This document shows, piece by piece, positions 8,963-16,913 of a stretch of DNA of 30,858 bases. The translations under genes were made by a program, and so were the position numbers. Origin of the DNA: Armatimonadota bacterium (GTDB lineage: Bacteria > Vulcanimicrobiota > JACPDS01 > JBDRKI01). Within the stretch, counting starts at the first letter, position 1, and each line of letters opens with the position of its first letter. A model generated the notes under the pieces. It searched no databases, was not told the DNA's origin, and saw nothing but the letters and a program-made list of their open reading frames with translations. The stretch spans positions 1 to 30,858 of the forward strand of contig JBDRKI010000123.1 of NCBI GenBank assembly GCA_043814095.1. The letters are read 5' to 3'.

Positions 8963-9742
8963 TTATTCCAGTATTGTCCTGAAGCTTATGGAGGCAAATG
9001 TAACAAAAGCCACTGTTATTATAAGAAGGATGGAAACATCAAAAGGAAGGGATGTTAAATCCCCGGTGATTAATAAAGATCTTAATGCGCTTACCATATA
9101 TGTTACCGGATTTATGATGGATACGAATTTTATCCAGTCGGGCATCGCGGATAAGGGGTATAATGCGTTGCTCGCGAAAAAGAGCGGCATTGTTAAAACC
9201 TGGCCTATGCCCATAAATCTTTCACGTGTTTTCATTGATGATGCTATGAATATTGACAGTGACGCGAAACAGGTCGCGGAAAGAATTACTACCCCGAAAA
9301 CACCCATAAGGTAAAGAGGGTTTGGGATAATTTTTACTTTTAATATAATGGCCAGGATAAGCACAACAACGGCCTGGGCAAGGCATTTTATGCTTGAAGA
9401 CAGCGCCTTTCCGAGCACTATCGCGCTTCTGGGCGCCGGGCTTACAATAAGCTTTGATAAAAGACCGAGATCTCTCTCCCATACTATGAGGATGCCGTAA
9501 AATATGGCTATGAAAAGCACCGACTGGGAGAGTATCCCCGGTGTTATATAGTCAAGGTAAGACATGTTGCCTGTGGGTATTATTTTATAGCGGGAGAATA
9601 CCTCGCCGAATATAACGAGCCATAAAGCCGGCTGGATGGCTCTTGTGAATATTTCGGTATAATCATGGGAAAGCCGCCTTGCTTCCATCTCTACTATTAC
9701 AAAAACTTTTGATATATAATTTATTATATAGCGTATCATCAA
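8963..9742 (-). CDS. ABC-2 type exporter permease (DrrB-like)
   Basis: YLDYITPGIL, WERDLGLL, FFASNALYP, MPDWIKFVSIINPVTY. Confidence 0.92.
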   Translation of the reverse strand: MMIRYIINYISKVFVIVEMEARRLSHDYTEIFTRAIQPALWLVIFGEVFSRYKIIPTGNMSYLDYITPGILSQSVLFIAIFYGILIVWERDLGLLSKLIVSPAPRSAIVLGKALSSSIKCLAQAVVVLILAIILKVKIIPNPLYLMGVFGVVILSATCFASLSIFIASSMKTRERFMGIGQVLTMPLFFASNALYPLSAMPDWIKFVSIINPVTYMVSALRSLLITGDLTSLPFDVSILLIITVAFVTFASISFRTILE

Positions 9743-9749
9743 TGTTCCT

Positions 9750-10568
9750 TTATTTTTTCATTCTCTGTCTTAACCTAGCGGTCTGGCTGAATTCTGATTT
9801 TGCCGAAGCTTCTTCAAAATTTTGACCTGTATATTTTACGAAAACATCATCCATGCTCGCGTTAAATCCGGCTGATTTTTTCAGCTTGTCCGGAGTATCC
9901 ATTATCATTATTTTGCCCAGATTAATAATTGCTATCCTGTCGCAGTATTCTTCCGCCTCATTCATGTAATGTGTGTTTATGAAAATTGTGATTTTATGTT
10001 CTTTATGAAGGTGGAGTATTTTTTCCCAGACTTTTTTTCTTGCCAGAGGGTCAAGTCCGATAGTAGGTTCATCTAAAAATAATATTTTAGGGTAATTTAT
10101 TAAACTTTCAGCCATCTCCAGCCTGCGCATCATGCCGCCGGAATAAAATTTTACAAGATCATTTGCCCTGTCGGAGAGTTCCATAAGCTCCAGTGCCGAA
10201 TCTATTCTTATCTTTCTTTCCGAACGGGGCACGCCGTATAATTTAGCGTAAAAAAGAAGGTTCTCGTAAGCGGTCAGGTCTCTCTGTATGGATACTTCCT
10301 GGGGCACATATCCTATTATATTCCTTATTTTGTTGTCATCCCTTGATATCTTTAATCCGTTTATGTAGGCCGTGCCCTTAGTAGGCCTTATTAAAGTTGT
10401 GAGTATTTTCATGAGGGTGGTCTTCCCGGCCCCGTTAGGGCCGAGGAGTCCGAAAATCTCGTTTTTTTCAACGGTAAAATTTACATTTTTTAATGCGGTA
10501 ATCCCGCCTTTATATGTTTTGCTTACATCTCTTATATCTATCATAATATAAAGTAGTTCTATGGACAT
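9750..10568 (-). CDS. ABC-2 exporter ATP-binding protein (DrrA-like)
   Basis: Walker A GPNGAGKT, signature YSGGM, Walker B ILFLDEPT, H-loop THYM. Confidence 0.95.
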   Translation of the reverse strand: MSIELLYIMIDIRDVSKTYKGGITALKNVNFTVEKNEIFGLLGPNGAGKTTLMKILTTLIRPTKGTAYINGLKISRDDNKIRNIIGYVPQEVSIQRDLTAYENLLFYAKLYGVPRSERKIRIDSALELMELSDRANDLVKFYSGGMMRRLEMAESLINYPKILFLDEPTIGLDPLARKKVWEKILHLHKEHKITIFINTHYMNEAEEYCDRIAIINLGKIMIMDTPDKLKKSAGFNASMDDVFVKYTGQNFEEASAKSEFSQTARLRQRMKK

Positions 10569-10590
10569 AATAAAACTCCTACATTATAAA

Positions 10591-10619
10591 TTGACAATAC
10601 GGAATTTTAATCGTATAAT
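10591..10619 (+). promoter_or_regulatory. Consensus sigma70 promoter, originally of the M-box leader and now reading into the IS
   Basis: TTGACA (10591-10596), 17-nt spacer, TATAAT (10614-10619). Expected start near 10625-10626, right at the riboswitch 5' end. Confidence 0.9.
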
Positions 10620-10624
10620 TTTGT

Positions 10625-10637
10625 AGAATCTCGTTAG
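10625..10637 (+). ncRNA. 5' fragment of the M-box (ykoK) riboswitch
   Basis: AATCTC (10627-10632) is complementary to GAGATT (12095-12100). CGTTAG is the first half of the M-box CGUUAGGUGAGGCU motif. Confidence 0.85.
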
Positions 10638-11952
10638 GAAGGTCGGCGGGAATCCTCGGTAATTTAATGCCGAGATGAAAGCCGACAGGAAATTTATGAA
10701 AGCAGGTAGAAACTTGATATATAAGACATAGCAAGGAACTGATATGACATTAAAAGGCCATAAATACCGTATATATCCAAATGCGGCTGCCATACGGATT
10801 TTGGAGCAACATTTTGGCAGTGTCCGCTATGTTTACAATTATTTTCTTGGCCTGCGGATTAAAGCATACAAAGAAGAAGGAAAAACTATAGATGGATTTT
10901 CCTGCAAACGCATGCTTGTCGAATTAAAAAAAGAAAAATCATGGTTAAAAGATATTAATTCTCAGAGTCTTCAGCAATTCGTGCTTGATCTTGAAAAAAG
11001 TTACAGAAGATTTTTTAAAGGACTTGGCGGTTATCCTGTTTTCAAGAAGAAGGCAAACAGACAGTCATTCGCCGTGCCGCAGAATTTTAAAACAATAGAC
11101 GGCAAGCTATATATTCCGAAGTTAAAAAACGGGATAAACATAAAACTGCACAGGGAGCTTGAAGGATGCGCAAAAACCGTAATTATTTCTAAGTCGCCAA
11201 CGGGTAAATATTACGCTTCTTTTTCATGTGAAGTAGAAATTGATAAACTGCCGAAAAACAACAAAGAAATAGGAGTTGACCTAGGATTGAATCACTTTGC
11301 GATACTGTCAAACGGCGAAAAGATAGAACACCCGAAAACATTAAGAAGATCGCAGAAGAAATTAAGCAGACTGCAGAGGAAATTATCAGGGAAACAGAAG
11401 GGTTCAAGCAATAGAAACAAGGCAAGATTAAAAGTAGCCGCACTGCATGAGAAGATAGGCAACCAACGCAAAGATTTTCTTCATAAATTATCTTTCAGAT
11501 TGATACGCGAAAACCAAGCAATCCATCTGGAAGAATTAATAGTGAAGAATATGGTCAAAAACCGTTGTTTATCAAAAGCCATAAGCGACAGCGGGTGGGG
11601 AGAATTTACCCGTCAGCTTGATTACAAGTCCGAATGGTATGGCAGGCAGTTCAATCAAATACCGAGATTTTATCCGTCAAGCAAGACATGTAATGTGTGC
11701 GGTTTTGTATTTAAAGAATTGCAGTTATCGCAGAGGTCGTGGAATTGTACTGACTGCGGATCAATCCACGACAGGGACATAAACGCGGCTAATGTAATAC
11801 TAAGTGTAGGGCAGGACATGCCCGAATTAACGCCTGTGGAGAGATTGGCCCCTACCTCATCGGTATTATCGATGAAACAAGTCAGCTCGGTGAAGCAGGA
11901 AGCTCTCGCATCTAATAAGATGCACGGGATTTTAATCCCGTGAGTATGTCAC
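10638..11952 (+). mobile_element. IS200/IS605-family non-autonomous element (IS1341-like, tnpB only)
   Basis: Left-end hairpins GTCGGC/GCCGAC and CTCGGT/GCCGAG (10642-10686). Right-end hairpin CACGGGATT/AATCCCGTG (11923-11942) followed by ATGTCAC. No TIR or TSD. Removing it restores the riboswitch; the boundary is ambiguous by one G. Confidence 0.9.
10744..11943 (+). CDS. tnpB: RNA-guided endonuclease TnpB
   Basis: N-terminal KYRIYP...FGSVRYVYN, RuvC-I GVDLG, RuvC-II LEEL, zinc finger CNVC/CTDC, RuvC-III DRDINAA. Confidence 0.96.
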   Translation: MTLKGHKYRIYPNAAAIRILEQHFGSVRYVYNYFLGLRIKAYKEEGKTIDGFSCKRMLVELKKEKSWLKDINSQSLQQFVLDLEKSYRRFFKGLGGYPVFKKKANRQSFAVPQNFKTIDGKLYIPKLKNGINIKLHRELEGCAKTVIISKSPTGKYYASFSCEVEIDKLPKNNKEIGVDLGLNHFAILSNGEKIEHPKTLRRSQKKLSRLQRKLSGKQKGSSNRNKARLKVAALHEKIGNQRKDFLHKLSFRLIRENQAIHLEELIVKNMVKNRCLSKAISDSGWGEFTRQLDYKSEWYGRQFNQIPRFYPSSKTCNVCGFVFKELQLSQRSWNCTDCGSIHDRDINAANVILSVGQDMPELTPVERLAPTSSVLSMKQVSSVKQEALASNKMHGILIP

Positions 11953-11970
11953 GTGAGGCTACTCTTAAAA
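11800..11970 (+). ncRNA. Predicted TnpB omegaRNA/reRNA (scaffold to 11952, guide from 11953); outer limits approximate
   Basis: Characterised TnpB reRNAs overlap the tnpB 3' end and right end. Hairpins at 11908-11923 and 11923-11942. GTGA (11890-11893) can pair with terminal TCAC. Confidence 0.7.
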
Positions 11971-12100
11971 ACACAGGCCATTGCCCGGAAATGTCGAGAG
12001 ACGCCAATGGGTAGAAAAGACCAGATCGAATTAAGGTTTGGTATAACATGGCTAGCTGAGAAGCTTACGTTTGAGAAAGCCAAAGCTCAACAAGGAGATT
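11953..12100 (+). ncRNA. M-box (ykoK) Mg2+ riboswitch aptamer, main 3' part
   Basis: GTGAGGCT...TGCCCGGAAATGTCGAGAGACGCCAATGGGT...ATCGAATTAAGG...GCCAAAGCTC matches the conserved M-box blocks in order, upstream of Mg-transport-type genes. Confidence 0.92.
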
Positions 12101-12132
12101 TTGGATAGTTTTGACTATACATAAATCTTATT

Positions 12133-12161
12133 GAGCTTCTTTGCGAGAGGAAGCTTTTTTT
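12133..12161 (+). terminator. M-box expression-platform terminator
   Basis: GAGCTTCTTT-GCGA-GAGGAAGCTT plus T run. TTGAGCTT (12131-12138) can instead pair with aptamer AAGCTCAA (12083-12090) as an antiterminator. Confidence 0.88.
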
Positions 12162-12181
12162 ATTAATATCGGGATTTGGTT

Positions 12182-13450
12182 ATGAATTTTTTAGCAAAAC
12201 TGTTTTACACACACAGAAGAATATTTAAAGCGATTAAACTCTTCCTGATTATATCGGGTCCGGGTATTATTGTTATGGTTGCGGATAATGACGCCGCCGG
12301 CATTACTACATACGCGGTTACCGGAGCTAAATACGGTTATAAGCTTATATGGTTTTTACTTGTTCTTATTCCCATAGCGTATTATATTCAGGAGATGACA
12401 ATGAGGCTTGGTGTTGTCACAAAGAGAGGGCACGCTGAGTCTATTTTTACGGGGTTCGGCCCCTTATGGGGATGGTTCTCCCTTGCCAATCTTGCTTTTG
12501 TAAACTGGTTAACCCTTATAACGGAATTTATCGGCATGGCCGCGGCTTTCAGCATATTCGGGGTGCCTCCTTACGCGACGGTTATAGGGGTATGCCTTCT
12601 TATGGGATTTATGGTTTTAAAAGGAAGATACTGGACATGGGAAAAGATAGCGCTTCTATTCTGTTTTTTAAACCTTATATATATACCTATTGCTTTTATG
12701 ATAAAACCTTCCGTTTCCCAGATTATGCAGGGTTTTGTCCCTAATTTCCCCGGCGGGATTACTCAACCTCTCTTATTCTTTCTTATGGCAAATATTGGCA
12801 CAACAATTACTCCCTGGATGCTTTATTTCCAGCAGTCCGCTGTTGTTGATAAAGGCATGAAGGAAAAAGATATCCCCTGGGGCAAGTTTGATACTCTGGT
12901 GGGCGCAGTGTTTACGGTATCCATCGCGGTATTTATTGTTATAGTTACAGGCACAATCTTAAAGGGAGTGGAGATAGAAAGCGCAGCGCAGGCCGCGAGA
13001 ATGCTTATGGAGCTTCACCCATACCTGGGCACATGCCTTGCCATAGGACTTTTTAACGCGGGACTTTTAGGCGCGATCTGCATAACCCTCGCGAGCTCAT
13101 GGGCGTTCGGGGAAGTCTTCGGCTGGGCGCATTCTTTAAACAATAAAATTAAAGAAGCTCCGTGGTTTTACGCAAATTACTTCATAACCCTTATAACGGC
13201 GGGGCTGGTAATCTTAATACCCAGAGCGCCGCTTATTACTATAGCTCTTTTTGTCCAGGTAGCCTCGGTTATTCTTCTTCCGGCATCATTAGTATTTTTA
13301 ATACTTCTCTTAAACGACGAAAAAACAATGGGCGAATTTAAGAACTCAAGATTCCAGAATTTTATAAGCTTGATTATTATTATAGGCATTATTATTATAT
13401 CGGCATTGTACGCGGTAAGCATAATACTGCCGGATATTTTTAAGGGGTGA
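12182..13450 (+). CDS. NRAMP-related divalent cation transporter, probable Mg2+ (NrmT/NRMT) type
   Basis: TM1 GPGIIVMVADNDAAG (not DPGN), TM6 GTTITPWMLYFQQS (not MPH), QEMTMRLG, MGEFKN; M-box upstream. Start is ATG 12182 or TTG 12176. Confidence 0.88.
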   Translation: MNFLAKLFYTHRRIFKAIKLFLIISGPGIIVMVADNDAAGITTYAVTGAKYGYKLIWFLLVLIPIAYYIQEMTMRLGVVTKRGHAESIFTGFGPLWGWFSLANLAFVNWLTLITEFIGMAAAFSIFGVPPYATVIGVCLLMGFMVLKGRYWTWEKIALLFCFLNLIYIPIAFMIKPSVSQIMQGFVPNFPGGITQPLLFFLMANIGTTITPWMLYFQQSAVVDKGMKEKDIPWGKFDTLVGAVFTVSIAVFIVIVTGTILKGVEIESAAQAARMLMELHPYLGTCLAIGLFNAGLLGAICITLASSWAFGEVFGWAHSLNNKIKEAPWFYANYFITLITAGLVILIPRAPLITIALFVQVASVILLPASLVFLILLLNDEKTMGEFKNSRFQNFISLIIIIGIIIISALYAVSIILPDIFKG

Positions 13451-13456
13451 TAAAAT

Positions 13457-13669
13457 ATGAGAAGAAAGATGCGCATATTTTTCAAGCGCAGGGTAAAAAG
13501 GTTTTTCGCTCATTTATTTGACTGGTTTATAGATATAAACAAGAAATATTCCAAACCCCAGATAGAGATGAGGTTCTCTGTAAAAGCTTCCTTATTTATA
13601 CTTGTATTTTATCTTGTGTTTATGATGTCTCTTTTAATTTATAAATTTGTAATAACTGTAAGGGGTTAA
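13457..13669 (+). CDS. Small basic protein with a single C-terminal TM helix
   Basis: 70 aa filling the gap between operon genes (6 and 4 nt gaps), GGGGTGA SD, hydrophobic segment LFILVFYLVFMMSLLIY. Confidence 0.7.
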   Translation: MRRKMRIFFKRRVKRFFAHLFDWFIDINKKYSKPQIEMRFSVKASLFILVFYLVFMMSLLIYKFVITVRG

Positions 13670-13673
13670 GCAT

Positions 13674-14954
13674 ATGAATATAAATGATTTAAGAAAGCAA
13701 GCTGAATCGGAAAAAGTTTATTATCTCAGCGAGATTATAAACAGGAAAGTTGTCCTGAATAATAAAAAAACAGGCAGGCTTCTCGATATTGTCATTATTG
13801 AAACGGGAAAAGTCCCGGAAGCCACATTTTTTCTCGTTGGGCGTCCCTTCGGGCAGGCTTCGTTAATGGTGCCGTGGGAGAAGGTTAAAGAGATAAGTAA
13901 TAAAGAGATTGTCATTGATATAGAATCCCAGGAAAAGTATGAAGGCGACCCCAAGGAGGAGCAGGTATTATTAAGGGACCATATTCTTGATAAAAAGGTT
14001 CTGGATTTTGAAGATAATGAAGTGGAAGTGGTATATGACATAAAGCTGGTTCTGCGCAATAACAAACTTTACGTGACCGACGTGGATTTCAGCAGGTACG
14101 GCTTATTAAGAAGGATAGGATTAAAAGGCGTAGCCAATTTTATTTATAATTTAGCCGAGAAAATAAAAGAAGAGACAATATCATGGACATATATCCAGCC
14201 CCTTCCCGAGCAGTTAAGCAGTTTCAAGGGTAATGTACGGTTAAAGGTATTAAAAGAAAAGCTTCCCGAGATACACCCCGTGGATTTAGCTGATATGCTT
14301 GAAGAGTTAGAGCCCGAACAGCGCTTAAGCATTTTTAACGAGCTGGAGAGCGAGCAGGCATCGGATACCTTAGAAGAGATCGAGCCCCGCGTCCAGCGCG
14401 ACCTTATAGCTTCAATTAAAAAAGAAAGAGCGGCCGAGCTTATTAATCTTATGACTCCCGCCCAGGCGGCTGACGTTCTGGTGGAACTTCCCGGGACAGA
14501 AGCCGATGAGATACTTGAGCTTATTGATAAAGAAAATGCAGATAAGATACAGCCCATTATGGATAAACATGACGAGAAAATTCTGAATTTTTCCACTCCT
14601 GATTTTATAAAATTCAATAAGTATGCCACGGTAAGACAGGTATTAGACCGCTTCCGCATGGCCGCGAAAGATAAAGACGTTATAATGTATATTTATGTAC
14701 TGGATGATGAAAATAAGCTGGTGGGCGTTGTTGATATAAGGGAGCTTCTGCAGGCGCGTTTAGAAGACCGTCTCGAGAATATAATGACAGAACATGTAAT
14801 AAGTTTAGAACCGGACAGCAAGCTTTCTGAAGCATCGCATATGTTTAACAGGTACAGTTTCCGCGCAATACCTATTGTAGATGAAGCTGATAAAATATTA
14901 GGTATTGTTATGTACCGCGATATTATGAATTTAAAACACAGGTTTTTGGAATAA
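13674..14954 (+). CDS. Soluble PRC-barrel-like + MgtE N-terminal + CBS-pair protein
   Basis: IHPVDLADMLEEL and AADVL (MgtE_N). YIYVLDDENKLVGVV and AIPIVDEADKILGIV (CBS). No transmembrane domain. Confidence 0.88.
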   Translation: MNINDLRKQAESEKVYYLSEIINRKVVLNNKKTGRLLDIVIIETGKVPEATFFLVGRPFGQASLMVPWEKVKEISNKEIVIDIESQEKYEGDPKEEQVLLRDHILDKKVLDFEDNEVEVVYDIKLVLRNNKLYVTDVDFSRYGLLRRIGLKGVANFIYNLAEKIKEETISWTYIQPLPEQLSSFKGNVRLKVLKEKLPEIHPVDLADMLEELEPEQRLSIFNELESEQASDTLEEIEPRVQRDLIASIKKERAAELINLMTPAQAADVLVELPGTEADEILELIDKENADKIQPIMDKHDEKILNFSTPDFIKFNKYATVRQVLDRFRMAAKDKDVIMYIYVLDDENKLVGVVDIRELLQARLEDRLENIMTEHVISLEPDSKLSEASHMFNRYSFRAIPIVDEADKILGIVMYRDIMNLKHRFLE

Positions 14955-14965
14955 TGCACGCAATA

Positions 14966-16222
14966 CTATTTTTTTATTATCTGGCATCTCTTCGGGCCTA
15001 CAGATATATATTCGACAGGTATATCTAATGTATTCTGTATAAAATCCAGGTATCTTTTTGCTTCTTTGGGAAGCTCTTCATAAGTTAACGCCGAATCTAT
15101 GTCTTTATCCCAGCCGGGCATTTCTTCGTAAACAGGCTCGCACAGTGCGAACACATTCTGATCCTGGGGATATTCTTTAAGTATTTTTCCGTTGTATTTA
15201 TAACCGACGGCAACTTTTATTTTCTTAAGCCCGGTTAAAACATCAAGTTTTGTTACGGCTAAAGATGTAACCCCGTTTATTCTTTTGGCGTATTTTAAAA
15301 GAACAAGGTCCAGGTACCCGCATCTTCTGGGCCTGCCGGTTGTAGTGCCGTATTCGGCGCCTGCTTCACGGAGCCTGCCCCCTATATCTCCCGTATCTTC
15401 GGTGGGAAAGGGGCCCGTGCCGACTCTTGTCGTATACGCTTTTACAATTCCTATTACTTTTTCAATGAAAAAGCTAGGTATTCCCAGTCCCACGCTTGCT
15501 CCTCCGGCGAGTGTCATGGTTGAAGTTACAAAGGGGTAAGTGCCCAGATCTATATCTAAAAGAGCGCCCTGTGCTCCTTCAAATAAAGCCTTTTTCCCTT
15601 TTGAGAGCTCATTATAAAGAAGGAGAGAAGTATCGGCTATCTTATCTTTAAAATAATCATATAAATGCGTAAATGTATTAAAAACTTCATCAAGATTTAA
15701 GTTTCCGCTTATGTAATCCGCTTTCTCCGCAAAATGGTACTTTAATTTTTCTTTAAAGATTTTTTTATTATGAAGATCAACTACCCTTATACCCGTTCTT
15801 GTCGCTTTATCCGTATAAGCGGGCCCTATTCCTCTTTTTGTCGTGCCTATTTTTTTCTTACCGCGCCGTTCTTCCTGGGCTTCATCGGCAAGTATGTGAT
15901 AAGGCATGATAAGGTGTGCATTCTCGCTTATATATAAATTATCTGCTGCAATCCCCATCTGTTTTAAAGTTTCAAGCTCCCCTTTTAAAACCTCAAGGTT
16001 TATTACCATGCCGTTCCCTAAAAAGCATTTTACTTCACTTCTTACTATCCCCGAAGGAACGTGGTGCAGTTTTATCTTTTTATCCTCAATTACAATAGTA
16101 TGGCCCGCATTATTCCCGCCTGAGAATCTGGCAACCATATCAACTTTCTCGGCGAGCACATCCGTGATCTTGCCTTTTCCCTCGTCTCCCCACTGCATAC
16201 CGACAATGCATGTATTTTCCAT
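14966..16222 (-). CDS. purA: Adenylosuccinate synthetase
   Basis: QWGDEGKGK, GGNNAGHT, IGTTKRGIGPAY, EGAQG, GTYPFVTS, GTTTGRPRRCG, TKLDVL. Confidence 0.98.
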   Translation of the reverse strand: MENTCIVGMQWGDEGKGKITDVLAEKVDMVARFSGGNNAGHTIVIEDKKIKLHHVPSGIVRSEVKCFLGNGMVINLEVLKGELETLKQMGIAADNLYISENAHLIMPYHILADEAQEERRGKKKIGTTKRGIGPAYTDKATRTGIRVVDLHNKKIFKEKLKYHFAEKADYISGNLNLDEVFNTFTHLYDYFKDKIADTSLLLYNELSKGKKALFEGAQGALLDIDLGTYPFVTSTMTLAGGASVGLGIPSFFIEKVIGIVKAYTTRVGTGPFPTEDTGDIGGRLREAGAEYGTTTGRPRRCGYLDLVLLKYAKRINGVTSLAVTKLDVLTGLKKIKVAVGYKYNGKILKEYPQDQNVFALCEPVYEEMPGWDKDIDSALTYEELPKEAKRYLDFIQNTLDIPVEYISVGPKRCQIIKK

Positions 16223-16244
16223 AATTATATCCTCATTCCTTAAT

Positions 16245-16808
16245 TTATTTTTTTATACTGAACCTAAAAGGCGATCTTGTTATTATAATATATATTAAAG
16301 CAAATATGCTTCCTATCATTCCCGCGGAGCCAAGAAACCGTACAAATTTAGCGATAGCGGGTATTTTTGTTATAAGCTTCATCTCTGCACAGAGGTATGC
16401 CCAATCATGTACATTCCCCCCGAATAAAGATAAAGACTGGGTCTGGGCATCAGCCATATATATTGATATGTTTATAAGATTTTCACTTACCCAGAATAAA
16501 GAAAAAATACCTGCCGCATAATCGCGCCGGAACAGTAAAAAATATATTGAAAACCCCACAGGGAAGATAAGCTGGCCCAATGTACCCCCTAAAGCTCCTA
16601 TAAATTCACCGAATATACCGAAAACAAAGTGTCCTGCTTCATGGAAAGGGAGGTTTACATAATCCAATAACCCGAAATGTATTTTCTTGGTAAAATAAGG
16701 GATGGCAAGGATTACCATGAAGATAAGTAGCGCTATATAGCCATACCAACGCATCTGGGCCTGAGTCTGTTTTAAGGGGTCCTGTCGGACGGGATCATTA
16801 TTTATCAT
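16245..16808 (-). CDS. Membrane protein with HExxH motif (M50-like zinc metalloprotease-like)
   Basis: PFHEAGH, GGTLGQL, YMADA, GGNVHDW, several TM segments. Confidence 0.7.
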   Translation of the reverse strand: MINNDPVRQDPLKQTQAQMRWYGYIALLIFMVILAIPYFTKKIHFGLLDYVNLPFHEAGHFVFGIFGEFIGALGGTLGQLIFPVGFSIYFLLFRRDYAAGIFSLFWVSENLINISIYMADAQTQSLSLFGGNVHDWAYLCAEMKLITKIPAIAKFVRFLGSAGMIGSIFALIYIIITRSPFRFSIKK

Positions 16809-16855
16809 AATAAATAATGATTCTCTGGTTAGGAGGATTTACCTTTTAGGCTTAT

Positions 16856-16884
16856 TTGACAAATAGTATAGCTTTTTGTATAAT
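16856..16884 (+). promoter_or_regulatory. Consensus sigma70 promoter of the AAA ATPase gene
   Basis: TTGACA (16856-16861), 17-nt spacer, TATAAT (16879-16884); AAGGAG SD downstream. Confidence 0.85.
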
Positions 16885-16913
16885 GTATTTAATATATAGT
16901 AAGGAGAATTGGT

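Noticed and set aside
10744-11943. Nuclease-dead TnpB repressor (TldR) or Cas12f CRISPR effector
   Set aside because: All three RuvC acidic residues are present, both IS ends are intact, and there is no CRISPR array or cas gene nearby.
10638-11952. IStron (group I intron-IS hybrid) that would splice out and restore the riboswitch RNA
   Set aside because: Only about 106 nt lie between the left end and the tnpB start, too short for a group I core. The 5' exon would end in G rather than U, and the element ends in TCAC. RT-PCR across the junction would settle it.
11949-11956. TCACGTGA palindrome across the right junction
   Set aside because: It is explained by the chance joining of the TCAC end and the GTGAGG riboswitch flank.
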